In this document: in pieces, positions 1 through 8,351 of the stretch
Layout: each line of letters begins with the position of its first letter
How positions within the stretch are numbered: position 1 is the first letter of the stretch
Origin: an uncultured Thiobacillus sp.
Lineage (GTDB): Bacteria > Pseudomonadota > Gammaproteobacteria > Burkholderiales > Thiobacillaceae
NCBI GenBank assembly: GCA_964625895.1
Contig: CAZVBY010000001.1
Span: 18,558 to 73,149, forward strand
DNA: 54,592 nucleotides
Reading direction: 5' to 3'
The notes under the pieces: generated by a model
Database searches by the model: none
The model's input: only the letters and a program-made list of their open reading frames with translations
What the model was told of the DNA's origin: nothing
Made by a program: the position numbers and the translations under genes

Positions 1-84
1 TTCTTGAACGGCAGAGAAATCGCCCGTCAGGCCGGCGCCCTGGACGCTCGGGGTATCGTGCGCTGGGTGCAAAGCCAGTTGTGA
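1..84 (+). CDS. Thioredoxin (TrxC-like), 3' end only, truncated by the window edge
   Basis: Frame 1 reads FLNGREIARQAGALDARGIVRWVQSQL*, typical of a thioredoxin C-terminus. The active site lies outside the window. Confidence 0.7.
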   Translation, partial: FLNGREIARQAGALDARGIVRWVQSQL

Positions 85-113
85 CTGGCCTGGAAAATGT
101 ACTGCGACGCCCG

Positions 114-605
114 TCAGCGCTTGCGGTTTGCATAGCGCCAGCGCCACGGTGGCATGGGGTTATTCTGTGACCACAACCCGACACGTTTTTTTCGTGCCAG
201 AAACTCGGCCTCACGATAACGGATGGCGTCCTCGCTATCTTGGTCATGGGCGTATTTGCGGTTCCACCAGGCCAGCCCCGACCGGATTTGGTTGTGTCCG
301 GCGTCTTCGCCGGTAGACGTTGTCAGTTTGCCGAGCAAGCGGCCGTATTGGTCGCGTTTTTGCCAATCGACCCGTACAGATTGCAGATAAACGAGCCGTT
401 CCAGCGATCGTTTCGCGGCATCGCCATAAGGCTGGCCGCGCTCGGGTGCGTCGATGCCCAGCAGGCGGATTTCGTGCCGGCGATTTCCCGTATCCGTCAC
501 GTACAGGCTGTCTCCATCGGCCACGCCGGTTACGGTGCCAAGTAGCTGGCCGGCCGTAGCGGGCAGGCACAGGTGGGCGAGCAGGGCGAGGAAAAGCAGT
601 CGCAT
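114..605 (-). CDS. Thermonuclease (SNase-like) family secreted nuclease
   Basis: Signal peptide; motifs VADGDS, IRLLGIDAPE, DQYGRLLG, GLAW and ARKKRVGLWS. Confidence 0.92.
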   Translation of the reverse strand: MRLLFLALLAHLCLPATAGQLLGTVTGVADGDSLYVTDTGNRRHEIRLLGIDAPERGQPYGDAAKRSLERLVYLQSVRVDWQKRDQYGRLLGKLTTSTGEDAGHNQIRSGLAWWNRKYAHDQDSEDAIRYREAEFLARKKRVGLWSQNNPMPPWRWRYANRKR

Positions 606-626
606 GGCGGCAAGTATAATGGCGAT

Positions 627-1919
627 ATGACGATTGAAATGATTCTCGCCCTGCTTGGGCTGGCGCTGCTGGCAATTTTTGTCGCGGTTATCTGGTTGAA
701 ACTTTCCGCTGTCCAGCGCGCGCAGGCTGAGACGGCGGCCAGCCAGAGCGCGCTACTGAATGAACGCCATCAAGCCATGCTACGCGACTTGCATCAAGGG
801 TTGGCGCAACAGAGCGATCGCACTCAGAGCGCGCTGCATGAGTCGACCAAACATTTGCGGGACAGTCTGGAGGTCTTGCGACTGGCGCAAGTTCAATCCT
901 TGTCGGCAGCGAGCGACACGCTCAAAACCGGCCAGCAGGATTTTCTCAACAGGACGCTGACGACGTTCGCCGATCAGGGGCGCGAGCAGCAAAAACTCAT
1001 CCAGGAAACCGTTACCCGTCTGGGCGGTGTGGTGGATGGCCGGCTGGCCGAGATTTCCGGCAAGGTGTCGGAAAGGCTGGATGAAGGCTTCAAGAAGACC
1101 AACGAAACCTTTGCCAACGTGATGGCGCGGCTGGCGACCATTGACGAGGCGCAAAAGAAAATCGACGGGCTGACCAGCAATGTGGTCACGTTGCAGGAGA
1201 TTCTGGGTGACAAGCGCTCGCGCGGCGCTTTTGGTGAAGTGCAACTGGAAGCATTGGTACGCAATATCCTGCCGTCGGGCAGCTACGCGTTTCAGGCGAC
1301 CCTGTCGAACAAGAACCGGGTGGACTGCCTGCTGGTATTGCCGGAACCGACTGGCAACGTGCCGGTGGATTCCAAGTTTCCGCTTGAGAATTACAACAGG
1401 ATGTTTGATGCCGCCTTACCGGAAGCGGAACGGGCGCTGGCCACACGCAGTTTCAAGGCGGACGTGAAAAAACACGTGGATGATATTGCGGCCAAATACA
1501 TCATCGAGCATGAAACGTCCGATGGCGCGGTGATGTTCGTGCCGGCCGAGGCGGTATTCGCTGAAATTCACGCTTATCACGGCGATCTGGTCGAATATGC
1601 CATGCAGCGCCGCGTGTGGATCGTTTCACCGACCACGCTGATGGCGGTGTTGAATACCGCGCGCGCGGTCATCAAGGACGTGGAAACGCGCAAGCAGATT
1701 CACATCATCAAGGACGAGCTGGGCAAACTGGGCAAGGATTTCGGACGTTTCGAGGAGCGCATGAAAAAACTGGCCACGCACATCCGCCAGGCCAATGACG
1801 ACGTGCAGGAGGTCAGCATCAGTTCGGACAAGATCAGCAAGCGTTTCCGCCAGATCGAGTCGGTTGATCTGGAACATTTGCAGACGGCGCATCCGCTGTT
1901 GCCGGATGGGACGGAATGA
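627..1919 (+). CDS. rmuC: DNA recombination protein RmuC
   Basis: N-terminal TM helix, coiled coil, RGAFGEVQLE, VPVDSKFP, MFVPAEAVF, WIVSPTTL. Start placed at ATG 627 because the longer ORF overlaps the divergent nuclease gene. Confidence 0.93.
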   Translation: MTIEMILALLGLALLAIFVAVIWLKLSAVQRAQAETAASQSALLNERHQAMLRDLHQGLAQQSDRTQSALHESTKHLRDSLEVLRLAQVQSLSAASDTLKTGQQDFLNRTLTTFADQGREQQKLIQETVTRLGGVVDGRLAEISGKVSERLDEGFKKTNETFANVMARLATIDEAQKKIDGLTSNVVTLQEILGDKRSRGAFGEVQLEALVRNILPSGSYAFQATLSNKNRVDCLLVLPEPTGNVPVDSKFPLENYNRMFDAALPEAERALATRSFKADVKKHVDDIAAKYIIEHETSDGAVMFVPAEAVFAEIHAYHGDLVEYAMQRRVWIVSPTTLMAVLNTARAVIKDVETRKQIHIIKDELGKLGKDFGRFEERMKKLATHIRQANDDVQEVSISSDKISKRFRQIESVDLEHLQTAHPLLPDGTE

Positions 1920-2680
1920 AATGGTGGCGGGAATGGCGACGTCGACGGATTCTGCGCGCCAACAATATCGATCCGGCGCTGTGGCGGGAAGTGTTTTCGC
2001 TACCGCCTTTCGCGGGATTGGATAGCGGCGAGCTTGAGCGGCTGCGCGAAAAAACCATTCTGTTCCTGCATGGAAAAATTTTTTCTCCGGTAAAAGGTGC
2101 CACGGCATCGGAGCGCGACAGGCTCATGGTGGCTGCCCAAGCCAGCCTGCTGGCGCTAAATCTTGATGATGATGTATATGACGGTTGGCGGGAAATCGTT
2201 TTTTATCCCGATGAGTTTGTTCCGCGCCACCAATACATGGATGATGCCGGCGTCATGCACGAGGTGCGCCGCCCGGTTCTGGGTGAGGCCTGGCTTGGCG
2301 GGCCGCTGATTCTTTCCGTGGCGGATGTGGAATCCTCCGTCATGCGCGACGGCATTAACGTGGTTCTGCACGAGTTTGCGCACAAGCTTGACATGCAAAA
2401 CGGCCTTGTCGATGGTTTGCCGGCTTTACATGCCGATATGCGCGTGCGGGACTGGGCCAAGGCTTTTGGCGGCGCATACGAGGACTTCTGCCATCGGGTT
2501 GATGCGGGCGAACACACGGAAATCGATCCGTATGCCGCGGAGTCACCCGCAGAATTTTTCGCCGTGTTGACAGAGGTGTTTTTTGAAACCCCGGCTATAC
2601 TCGCACGGCATTACCCCGATGTTTATCAACAGATGCGCCTGTATTTCAGACAGCATCCTCTTGCAAGACTGGCGATATGA
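1916..2680 (+). CDS. MtfA-family zinc peptidase (M90)
   Basis: NVVLHEFAHKLD zinc motif; DPYAAESPAEFFAV; GEAW. 4-bp overlap with rmuC. Confidence 0.9.
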   Translation: MKWWREWRRRRILRANNIDPALWREVFSLPPFAGLDSGELERLREKTILFLHGKIFSPVKGATASERDRLMVAAQASLLALNLDDDVYDGWREIVFYPDEFVPRHQYMDDAGVMHEVRRPVLGEAWLGGPLILSVADVESSVMRDGINVVLHEFAHKLDMQNGLVDGLPALHADMRVRDWAKAFGGAYEDFCHRVDAGEHTEIDPYAAESPAEFFAVLTEVFFETPAILARHYPDVYQQMRLYFRQHPLARLAI

Positions 2681-3045
2681 GCTTCATCAAACAAGACAAT
2701 CTGATTTACAGCACCTGTTACGAAAATTACGAAAAAGAAGTGATCGAACGTTCGAAAGCAGTACCAGTGCTGGTGGATTTCTGGGCTGACTGGTGTCCGC
2801 CCTGCACCATGCTCACGCCAATTCTGGAACGCGTCGTTCATGCCTATGGCGGCAAGTTCCTGTTGGCGAAGGTGGAAGTGGATGACGGCCACAACATGAA
2901 ACTGGCCGGGCAACATGGTATGCGAGGCTTTCCCACTGTGCTGCTGTATCTTGATGGAGAGGTGAAGGGCCGCTGGCACAGCGCCAAGCCGGAGCACTGG
3001 GTGCGTGATTTTCTGCATCAGCACGGGATCGATGCGCCCCTCTAG
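2677..3045 (+). CDS. Thioredoxin family protein (WCPPC active site)
   Basis: VPVLVDFWADWCPPC and the cis-Pro motif RGFPTV. Confidence 0.9.
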   Translation: MSFIKQDNLIYSTCYENYEKEVIERSKAVPVLVDFWADWCPPCTMLTPILERVVHAYGGKFLLAKVEVDDGHNMKLAGQHGMRGFPTVLLYLDGEVKGRWHSAKPEHWVRDFLHQHGIDAPL

Positions 3046-4198
3046 ACGCGCAGAGGGCATTGCGCCCTTCCACGTCATGGATATCCTGGCGCGCGCCAGG
3101 ACGCTTGAAGCGCAGGGCCGTGACATTATCCATCTGGAAATCGGCGAGCCGGATTTCCCGACCCCGGAGCCGGTTATCCGCGCTGCCATGCAAGCGATCC
3201 AGTCAGGCGATGTGCATTACTCGCCGGCGCTGGGTTTGCCTGAGTTAAGGCAGGCGCTTGCCAGCTTTTATCTTCAGCGATACGGCGTGACGGTTCCCGC
3301 CACCCGCATCGCCATCACGCCGGGCGCATCCGGCGCATTGATGCTGGCGCTGGGTGTCGCCCTGGATGCAGGGGATGAAATCCTCATGGCGGATCCAGGC
3401 TATCCCTGCAACCGGCACTATGCCGCGTTTCTCAATGTCATGCCTGTGCGAGTGCCAGTCGGGCCTGAAACCGCATTTCAACTCACGCCCCGGTTGGTGG
3501 CGCAACACTGGACGGAAAAAACGAAGGCCGTGCTGCTGGCCTCGCCGTCCAATCCGACGGGCACGCTGGCGCGCGACGAGGACATTCACGAGATTGCCCG
3601 TTTCTGTGCAAATCGAAATGCCGTGCTGATGGTGGACGAGATTTACCACGGGCTGGTGTATGACGCATTGCCACAAACCGCGCTGGCGCATTCGGATCAG
3701 GTGTTTGTGATCAACAGTTTCTCCAAATATTTTCACATGACCGGATGGCGACTGGGTTGGCTTGCCGCCCCGGATTGGGCGATGACAGCGGTCGACCGTC
3801 TGGCGCAAAATCTGTTTCTGGCGCCGTCAACACCCGCGCAATATGGCGCGCTGGCGGCGTTTGACCAGGAAAACCTGGCCATACTGGAGGCCAGGCGCCT
3901 GGAATTGCGGTTACGCCGGGATTTTCTGGTGTCTGCGTTGAGGGGTTTGGGGTTTGGCCTGCCGGTTGTGCCGGAGGGGGCATTTTATTTGTATGCGGAG
4001 GTCAGCCGCCTGACCGATGACAGCTTTACCTTTGCGGCGAAGTTGCTGGAAGAAAGCGGGGTGGCGGTTACGCCGGGGCTGGATTTTGGCGCAGGGTCGC
4101 CAGAGAAATATGTGCGGTTCGCTTATACGCGCCCCTTGCCGGTGCTACAGGAAGCAATCGACCGCATCCGACGGTTTTTCTCTGCCGAACGGGTATAA
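3032..4198 (+). CDS. PLP-dependent class I/II aminotransferase
   Basis: LEIGEPDF, SPSNPTG, DEIYH and SFSKYFHMTGWRLG (PLP lysine). ATG 3032 chosen as start. Confidence 0.92.
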   Translation: MRPSRRAEGIAPFHVMDILARARTLEAQGRDIIHLEIGEPDFPTPEPVIRAAMQAIQSGDVHYSPALGLPELRQALASFYLQRYGVTVPATRIAITPGASGALMLALGVALDAGDEILMADPGYPCNRHYAAFLNVMPVRVPVGPETAFQLTPRLVAQHWTEKTKAVLLASPSNPTGTLARDEDIHEIARFCANRNAVLMVDEIYHGLVYDALPQTALAHSDQVFVINSFSKYFHMTGWRLGWLAAPDWAMTAVDRLAQNLFLAPSTPAQYGALAAFDQENLAILEARRLELRLRRDFLVSALRGLGFGLPVVPEGAFYLYAEVSRLTDDSFTFAAKLLEESGVAVTPGLDFGAGSPEKYVRFAYTRPLPVLQEAIDRIRRFFSAERV

Positions 4199-4223
4199 AA
4201 AAAGCCGGTCTTGCGACCGGCTT
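4197..4223 (-). terminator. Intrinsic terminator of the lipoprotein gene (possibly bidirectional)
   Basis: 9-bp stem AAGCCGGTC/GACCGGCTT, GCAA loop on the minus strand; the A-run at 4197-4203 forms the U-tract. Confidence 0.85.
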
Positions 4224-4243
4224 GATTTCCAACAACCCCTGAA

Positions 4244-4477
4244 TTACTTGGCGGGGGCGTCGGCGGCAGGCGCAGCAGCGTCGGCGGCAGGCGCAGCAGC
4301 GTCGGCGGCAGGCGCAGCAGCGTCGGCGGCTGGCGCAGCAGCGTCGGCGGCAGGCGCAGCCGCTTCAGGAGCCGGAGCAGCCGCTTCAGGAGCAGGAGCA
4401 GCCGCTTCTTCTTTTTTGCCGCAAGCGGTAACGGAAACGGCCAGCAGAGCGGCCAGCAGAACGGAGTATTTCATCAT
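4244..4477 (-). CDS. Small Ala/Pro-rich repeat lipoprotein
   Basis: Lipobox VTA-C followed by 7 x (E/D)AAAPA(P/A). SD-like AAGGGAAG upstream; own promoter and terminator. Confidence 0.88.
   Translation of the reverse strand: MMKYSVLLAALLAVSVTACGKKEEAAAPAPEAAAPAPEAAAPAADAAAPAADAAAPAADAAAPAADAAAPAADAPAK
4262..4408. repeat. 21-bp coding tandem repeat, 7 units
   Basis: GCGTCGGCGGCAGGCGCAGCA-type units encoding the heptapeptide repeat. Confidence 0.9.
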
Positions 4478-4515
4478 CTTCCCTTAAACAAAAATGGATA
4501 ACCCACACCAAAAAA

Positions 4516-4575
4516 ATCGGTCAGGGACTTAATTTAAAATTGCGTTAAATCCAACCGACGCGCGGGATTCTAGCA
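4516..4575 (-). promoter_or_regulatory. Extended -10 (TGCTAGAAT) followed by a structured 5' UTR hairpin
   Basis: attctagca at 4567-4575. mRNA GUCGGUU-GGAUUUAA...UUAAGUCC-CU-GACCGAU pairs fully using G-U wobbles. Confidence 0.55.
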
Positions 4576-4679
4576 AATCCGTAAAAGAAAAACAGTAGGT
4601 AATGGTTTTTTAAGAGGTTTTGGGGGAAGTGTTGTTAAGCCGCAACAATGCGGTGTCAGTGGGTTGACGCATGGTGAAT

Positions 4680-5756
4680 TCAAGCGCTTTCGCGTATGAC
4701 CAGGCAGGTGATTTCTTCGCGGTCATGGTAGAGCTGGCGCATTTGCATACGCCAGGGCGCGCCCAGTTTTGCCAAACGGCCATGCAGGACTTCGCGGGCG
4801 AGCAAAACTTCTTCGAATCGGCGTTTCATCGGCAGCTTGAGATTGAAAATCGCTGCCCGGCAGTCCCCGCGTTCAAACCAGCGCGCAATTAGATCGACCA
4901 CTCTTGCCGGTTTCTCGACCATGTCGCAGACCAGCCAATCCACGGGGTGGCGCGGGCGAAAGGTAAAGCCATCGGCGCGCAAGTGCTCGACCAGGCCGCT
5001 TTCCATCAAGTTGGCGTCCATGGGGCCATTGTCCACTGCGGTGACCTTCATGCCACGATGGACGATCTGCCAGGTCCAGCCGCCAGGAGAGGCGCCCAGA
5101 TCCACCGCGCGCCGGCCAGGCCGCAACTGGGCGCGCTCCTGCTCGGTCAGCATTTCCATCAGTGCTTCTGCCAGTTTCAATGTTGAGCGCGACGGGCCTT
5201 CCCGTGGCATTTTCAGCCGGGGAATGCCCATTGGCCAGTGGCTGGAATGGCCGGGCTGGCTGTTGCCGACCCAGGCAGTGGAGGAATCGGTAAAAAACAC
5301 ATGCAGCCTGGGCAATTTGGGCGCGTCGGGCTTCAGCAGGTTTTGCTGGCTCAGGGCCTTTCTCAGATGCGGCTCGAATTTCCGGCAGAAAGCCGATAAT
5401 TCCTTGGCGCTATTGGTGTCGGCAGTTTCCAGCCATAGCTGATTGAATGGACCATGCAGGTTTTTGGCTGCTTCGATCAAGGGCGGCAACCGGTTTTCAG
5501 GCAAAAGCGCCAGCGGGCCGGTGGCAAAAATCAACTGGCGCGCAAAGGTAAGGTCCTGAAAATGCAGACGTTTATGCAAGATCGCCATGTCGCCTGACTG
5601 GGCGGGATGGAACAGGACATACCCGGAATCTGGCGCTGCCTTGCACCAGCCCGTGATGCCGAGGTTTTCGGTCGCCAGGGTGATGTCCTGCGCGCATTCC
5701 TTTTCAAACCCCGCCCGACAATACAGCAGCAGGCAGGGCAACGCTTGTGTGTTCAT
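4680..5756 (-). CDS. rlmM: 23S rRNA C2498 2'-O-methyltransferase RlmM
   Basis: LYCRAGFEKEC, GIPRLK, PSRSTLKLAEA, AVDLGASPGGW, CDMVEKP, FNLKLPMK, LYHDREEIT. Confidence 0.96.
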   Translation of the reverse strand: MNTQALPCLLLYCRAGFEKECAQDITLATENLGITGWCKAAPDSGYVLFHPAQSGDMAILHKRLHFQDLTFARQLIFATGPLALLPENRLPPLIEAAKNLHGPFNQLWLETADTNSAKELSAFCRKFEPHLRKALSQQNLLKPDAPKLPRLHVFFTDSSTAWVGNSQPGHSSHWPMGIPRLKMPREGPSRSTLKLAEALMEMLTEQERAQLRPGRRAVDLGASPGGWTWQIVHRGMKVTAVDNGPMDANLMESGLVEHLRADGFTFRPRHPVDWLVCDMVEKPARVVDLIARWFERGDCRAAIFNLKLPMKRRFEEVLLAREVLHGRLAKLGAPWRMQMRQLYHDREEITCLVIRESA

Positions 5757-6310
5757 CGGGCTTCGGAAAAGAGAGGTTGCAAAACCCGATTGGCGTGGGT
5801 TTTTAATTCGGTTTCAAACACGTAGCGGTCTTCCCGGCGAGGGGACAGGATGGGGCGGGCGGTTTCGCGCTGGCCGGTCTTGCAGTCGTAACGAACCCAG
5901 TAAAGTTCCGGCCAGTGGGCGCTGGGCGCTTCCCGGTTGCTGAACACGTCCCCCTGGAAAGGGGAAAAGACCGGACGCTCGTCGGAAACGCGAAATGAAA
6001 CCAGCCAATCCGCACCGCTGGTTTTGCACAGATGCTGGTGGAATGGCCAGGGCGAGCGATCGCGCTCGATGCGGTCAGGCAGGGCCGGATCTTCGAAACT
6101 CACGGTATTGACGATCAGGTTGGGGCGGCTTGCCAGAGGAAGAATTGTTTCCATCATCTTGCCACGATAGCCATCCGGCGTTTCGTTTTGCCAAAATCGC
6201 CAAACCCACACAGGCTTGGCGGAAAAGGCGAATGCGATGGTGGGCGGATCGGCCAAGGCTGTTGGCGCGATGACGGCCAGAAAAACAGAATAAGTGCGGA
6301 TTGGCAACAT
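5753..6310 (-). CDS. Hypothetical exported protein
   Basis: Signal-peptide-like N-terminus (ALA-D). Overlaps both neighbours (1 bp and 4 bp), consistent with an operon. Confidence 0.65.
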   Translation of the reverse strand: MLPIRTYSVFLAVIAPTALADPPTIAFAFSAKPVWVWRFWQNETPDGYRGKMMETILPLASRPNLIVNTVSFEDPALPDRIERDRSPWPFHQHLCKTSGADWLVSFRVSDERPVFSPFQGDVFSNREAPSAHWPELYWVRYDCKTGQRETARPILSPRREDRYVFETELKTHANRVLQPLFSEAR

Positions 6311-6798
6311 TAGTTGGCGAACTCCAGCCGTTCTTCCACTGCCTTGAGGGCTTCGATAACGCAGGCCTCATCCTTGTCGCCACCCGGCGCGCCGGATACA
6401 CCGACTGCGCCAATCAGTCTGCCGGCCGCGCGGATGGGCAACGCGCCTTCCATCACGATCAAGCCGCGCATGTGGTTGAGTTCGGGACGAATGTCGCCCC
6501 GGGCCTTGCGGAATTCGCCACTGGCATTGCCGGACATGATGGACATGCCTGCCTTGCGCTCGGCGATTTCCAGCGTATGCGGCGCGGCCAGCGTGTCGCG
6601 CAGGGCGACCTGCACGCTGCCGCTGCGGTCCAGCACGACCGCGGCGACGTTGAATCCGTCCTTGCGGCAGGATTCAACCGATTTTGTGGCGATCGTCTGG
6701 GCCAATTCCAGGCTGATCTGTTTGACCGGCACGATGTCGGTTGCCGGGGCAAGCGAGGGCATGAATGCAAAAAAGAGCAGGGCAGTGGCTTTATTCAT
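6310..6798 (-). CDS. GlcG/HbpS-family heme-binding protein, exported
   Basis: Signal peptide; AAVVLDRSG, PHTLEIAERKA, GALPI, IGAVGVSGAPGGDKDEAC. AGGAG RBS before ATG 6798. Confidence 0.9.
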   Translation of the reverse strand: MNKATALLFFAFMPSLAPATDIVPVKQISLELAQTIATKSVESCRKDGFNVAAVVLDRSGSVQVALRDTLAAPHTLEIAERKAGMSIMSGNASGEFRKARGDIRPELNHMRGLIVMEGALPIRAAGRLIGAVGVSGAPGGDKDEACVIEALKAVEERLEFAN

Positions 6799-6922
6799 GG
6801 GTTTTCTCCTTTGACAGTGATGAATAATGACGGTACACAATGATCCTGTGCTAATCCGCGAGGCGTGGCAATTCCAGTTCTGGCGGGATTGATTGAAACA
6901 TTCCCATTGAAAAATCACATCC

Positions 6923-7168
6923 ATGCTATCTGATCAAAAACCGGCGCTGCGGGTTCCGCCATTTTCCATTCCATCCTGGGCGGTGTTCATCGCCCAGGAT
7001 GCCGATGGCACCTGGTGGGCATATGAAGCGCATCCAAATTTACAGGATACCGGCTGGTATGAGAACGAGGTAGGCCGCATCCAGCGGCTGGGAAAGACGG
7101 TCGCTCCAGCAGATTTTCATGAAATGCTGATCAAGGTCACTGAAACTTTCCCCAACCCTGCCGATTGA
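6923..7168 (+). CDS. Small hypothetical protein (Trp-rich, AQDADG motif)
   Basis: 81-aa ORF filling the gap, with the protein-like motif PSWAVFIAQDADGTWWAYEAHP...GWYENEVGR. Confidence 0.65.
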   Translation: MLSDQKPALRVPPFSIPSWAVFIAQDADGTWWAYEAHPNLQDTGWYENEVGRIQRLGKTVAPADFHEMLIKVTETFPNPAD

Positions 7169-7307
7169 CAAATGTACGGATGGGCACTGAAACAATTTGT
7201 TTTTCTGCCGATTCACATTCAGAACGCAGTCAGCCGGTCTGAAAAAAACGCGTCAATCCGCCAGGAGCCTTTGTTTATCAACGGCTCCGCGGATCTATTG
7301 CTTTGGT

Positions 7308-7326
7308 TGTAGGACAAACGCCTACA
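7308..7326. promoter_or_regulatory. Palindrome TGTAGG-N7-CCTACA upstream of flhD
   Basis: Perfect 6-bp arms about 120 bp before the flhD start. Confidence 0.45.
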
Positions 7327-7446
7327 CATGGCGGTTAACATTTTCTTACAAAAAAACCAGACGGTTTCCGGATTCACCTTCTCCGCCCATATCCGAAATT
7401 AGGACATGTTCTTCGGAACACTGTTCAACAAAGTCAGGGGAAGAAA

Positions 7447-7767
7447 ATGCGCATGGACGAAATGATGGGCGAAATCCGCGAAATCAATCTCAGCTATCTG
7501 ATGCTGGCCCAGCAGATGCTGCGTGAGGACAAGGCCATGGCGGCGTTCCGTCTGGGCCTCAACATCGACGTGGCGGACGTGATCGAATCACTATCGCCGG
7601 CGCAGGTGCTCAAGCTGGCGCGCTCGGGCATGTTGCTCTCACGCTTCCGCTTTGATGACAGCACCATTCTGGAGATGCTGGCCAATTATACGAAAGATAG
7701 CGCACTGGCCCATTCGCACGCCGCCATTCTGATGGCCGGCCAGCCACCCGAACAACTGGCTGCTTGA
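7447..7767 (+). CDS. flhD: Flagellar master regulator FlhD
   Basis: EIREINLSYLMLAQ, AAFRLG, FRFDD. Confidence 0.96.
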   Translation: MRMDEMMGEIREINLSYLMLAQQMLREDKAMAAFRLGLNIDVADVIESLSPAQVLKLARSGMLLSRFRFDDSTILEMLANYTKDSALAHSHAAILMAGQPPEQLAA

Positions 7768-7792
7768 ATAAAAATACTCAGGGGGAATCGTC

Positions 7793-8350
7793 ATGGCCAG
7801 AAAAAGCCTGCTGTCGGAAGTGAAAGAAACCCAGCTTGCCATTGAGTTGATTGAGGCTGGCGCCCGTCTTCAGGTACTGGAGTCGGAAACTGCGCTTTCC
7901 AGAGAGCGCCTGCTCAAACTCTACAAGGAAGTGCGGGGCGAATCGCCACCCAAGGGCATGCTGCCGTTTTCCACCGACTGGTTTCTCACCTGGCTGCCGA
8001 ATGTGCATTCTTCCCTGTTCATCAACATCCACCGTTACCTGATCAAGAACAGCCATTGCGAGGGGATCGAGGGCGTTCTCAAGTCCTACAAGCTGTACCG
8101 GGAATATCTGGCAACCAATCAGATCGAGGAAGTGCTCAGTTTCACGCGTGCCTGGACGCTGGTGCGCTTTTTCGACAGCAAGATGCTGGAAACCACTCGC
8201 TGCACGCAATGCGGCGGGCACTTCGTCGTGCATCCGGACGATCTGCACGAAGGTTATTTGTGCGGGCTGTGCCATATGCCGTCGCGCGCGGGCAAGACCC
8301 GCAAAGCCAGGGAAGCACAGGAGACAGGACAGCACGGCGTTGCCGCCTGA
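7793..8350 (+). CDS. flhC: Flagellar master regulator FlhC
   Basis: GARLQVLESET, SPPKGMLPFSTDWF, TRAWTL; zinc ligands CxxC...CxxC. Confidence 0.97.
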   Translation: MARKSLLSEVKETQLAIELIEAGARLQVLESETALSRERLLKLYKEVRGESPPKGMLPFSTDWFLTWLPNVHSSLFINIHRYLIKNSHCEGIEGVLKSYKLYREYLATNQIEEVLSFTRAWTLVRFFDSKMLETTRCTQCGGHFVVHPDDLHEGYLCGLCHMPSRAGKTRKAREAQETGQHGVAA

Positions 8351-8351
8351 C

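Noticed and set aside
114..1919. Anti-phage defence pair (SNase plus RmuC nuclease fold)
   Set aside because: Both are common stand-alone genes, they are divergently oriented, and there is no defence-island context.
7169..7446. c-di-GMP riboswitch, or the 109-aa ORF 7197-7526, upstream of flhD
   Set aside because: No GEMM-type conserved elements seen; the ORF has a TTG start, overlaps flhD out of frame and has no protein-like features.
8148..8351. N-terminal extension of the methyltransferase, and similar extensions for flgA, flgE, fliK and flgI
   Set aside because: They overlap upstream genes or promoter regions; downstream ATGs fit better by RBS or coupling.
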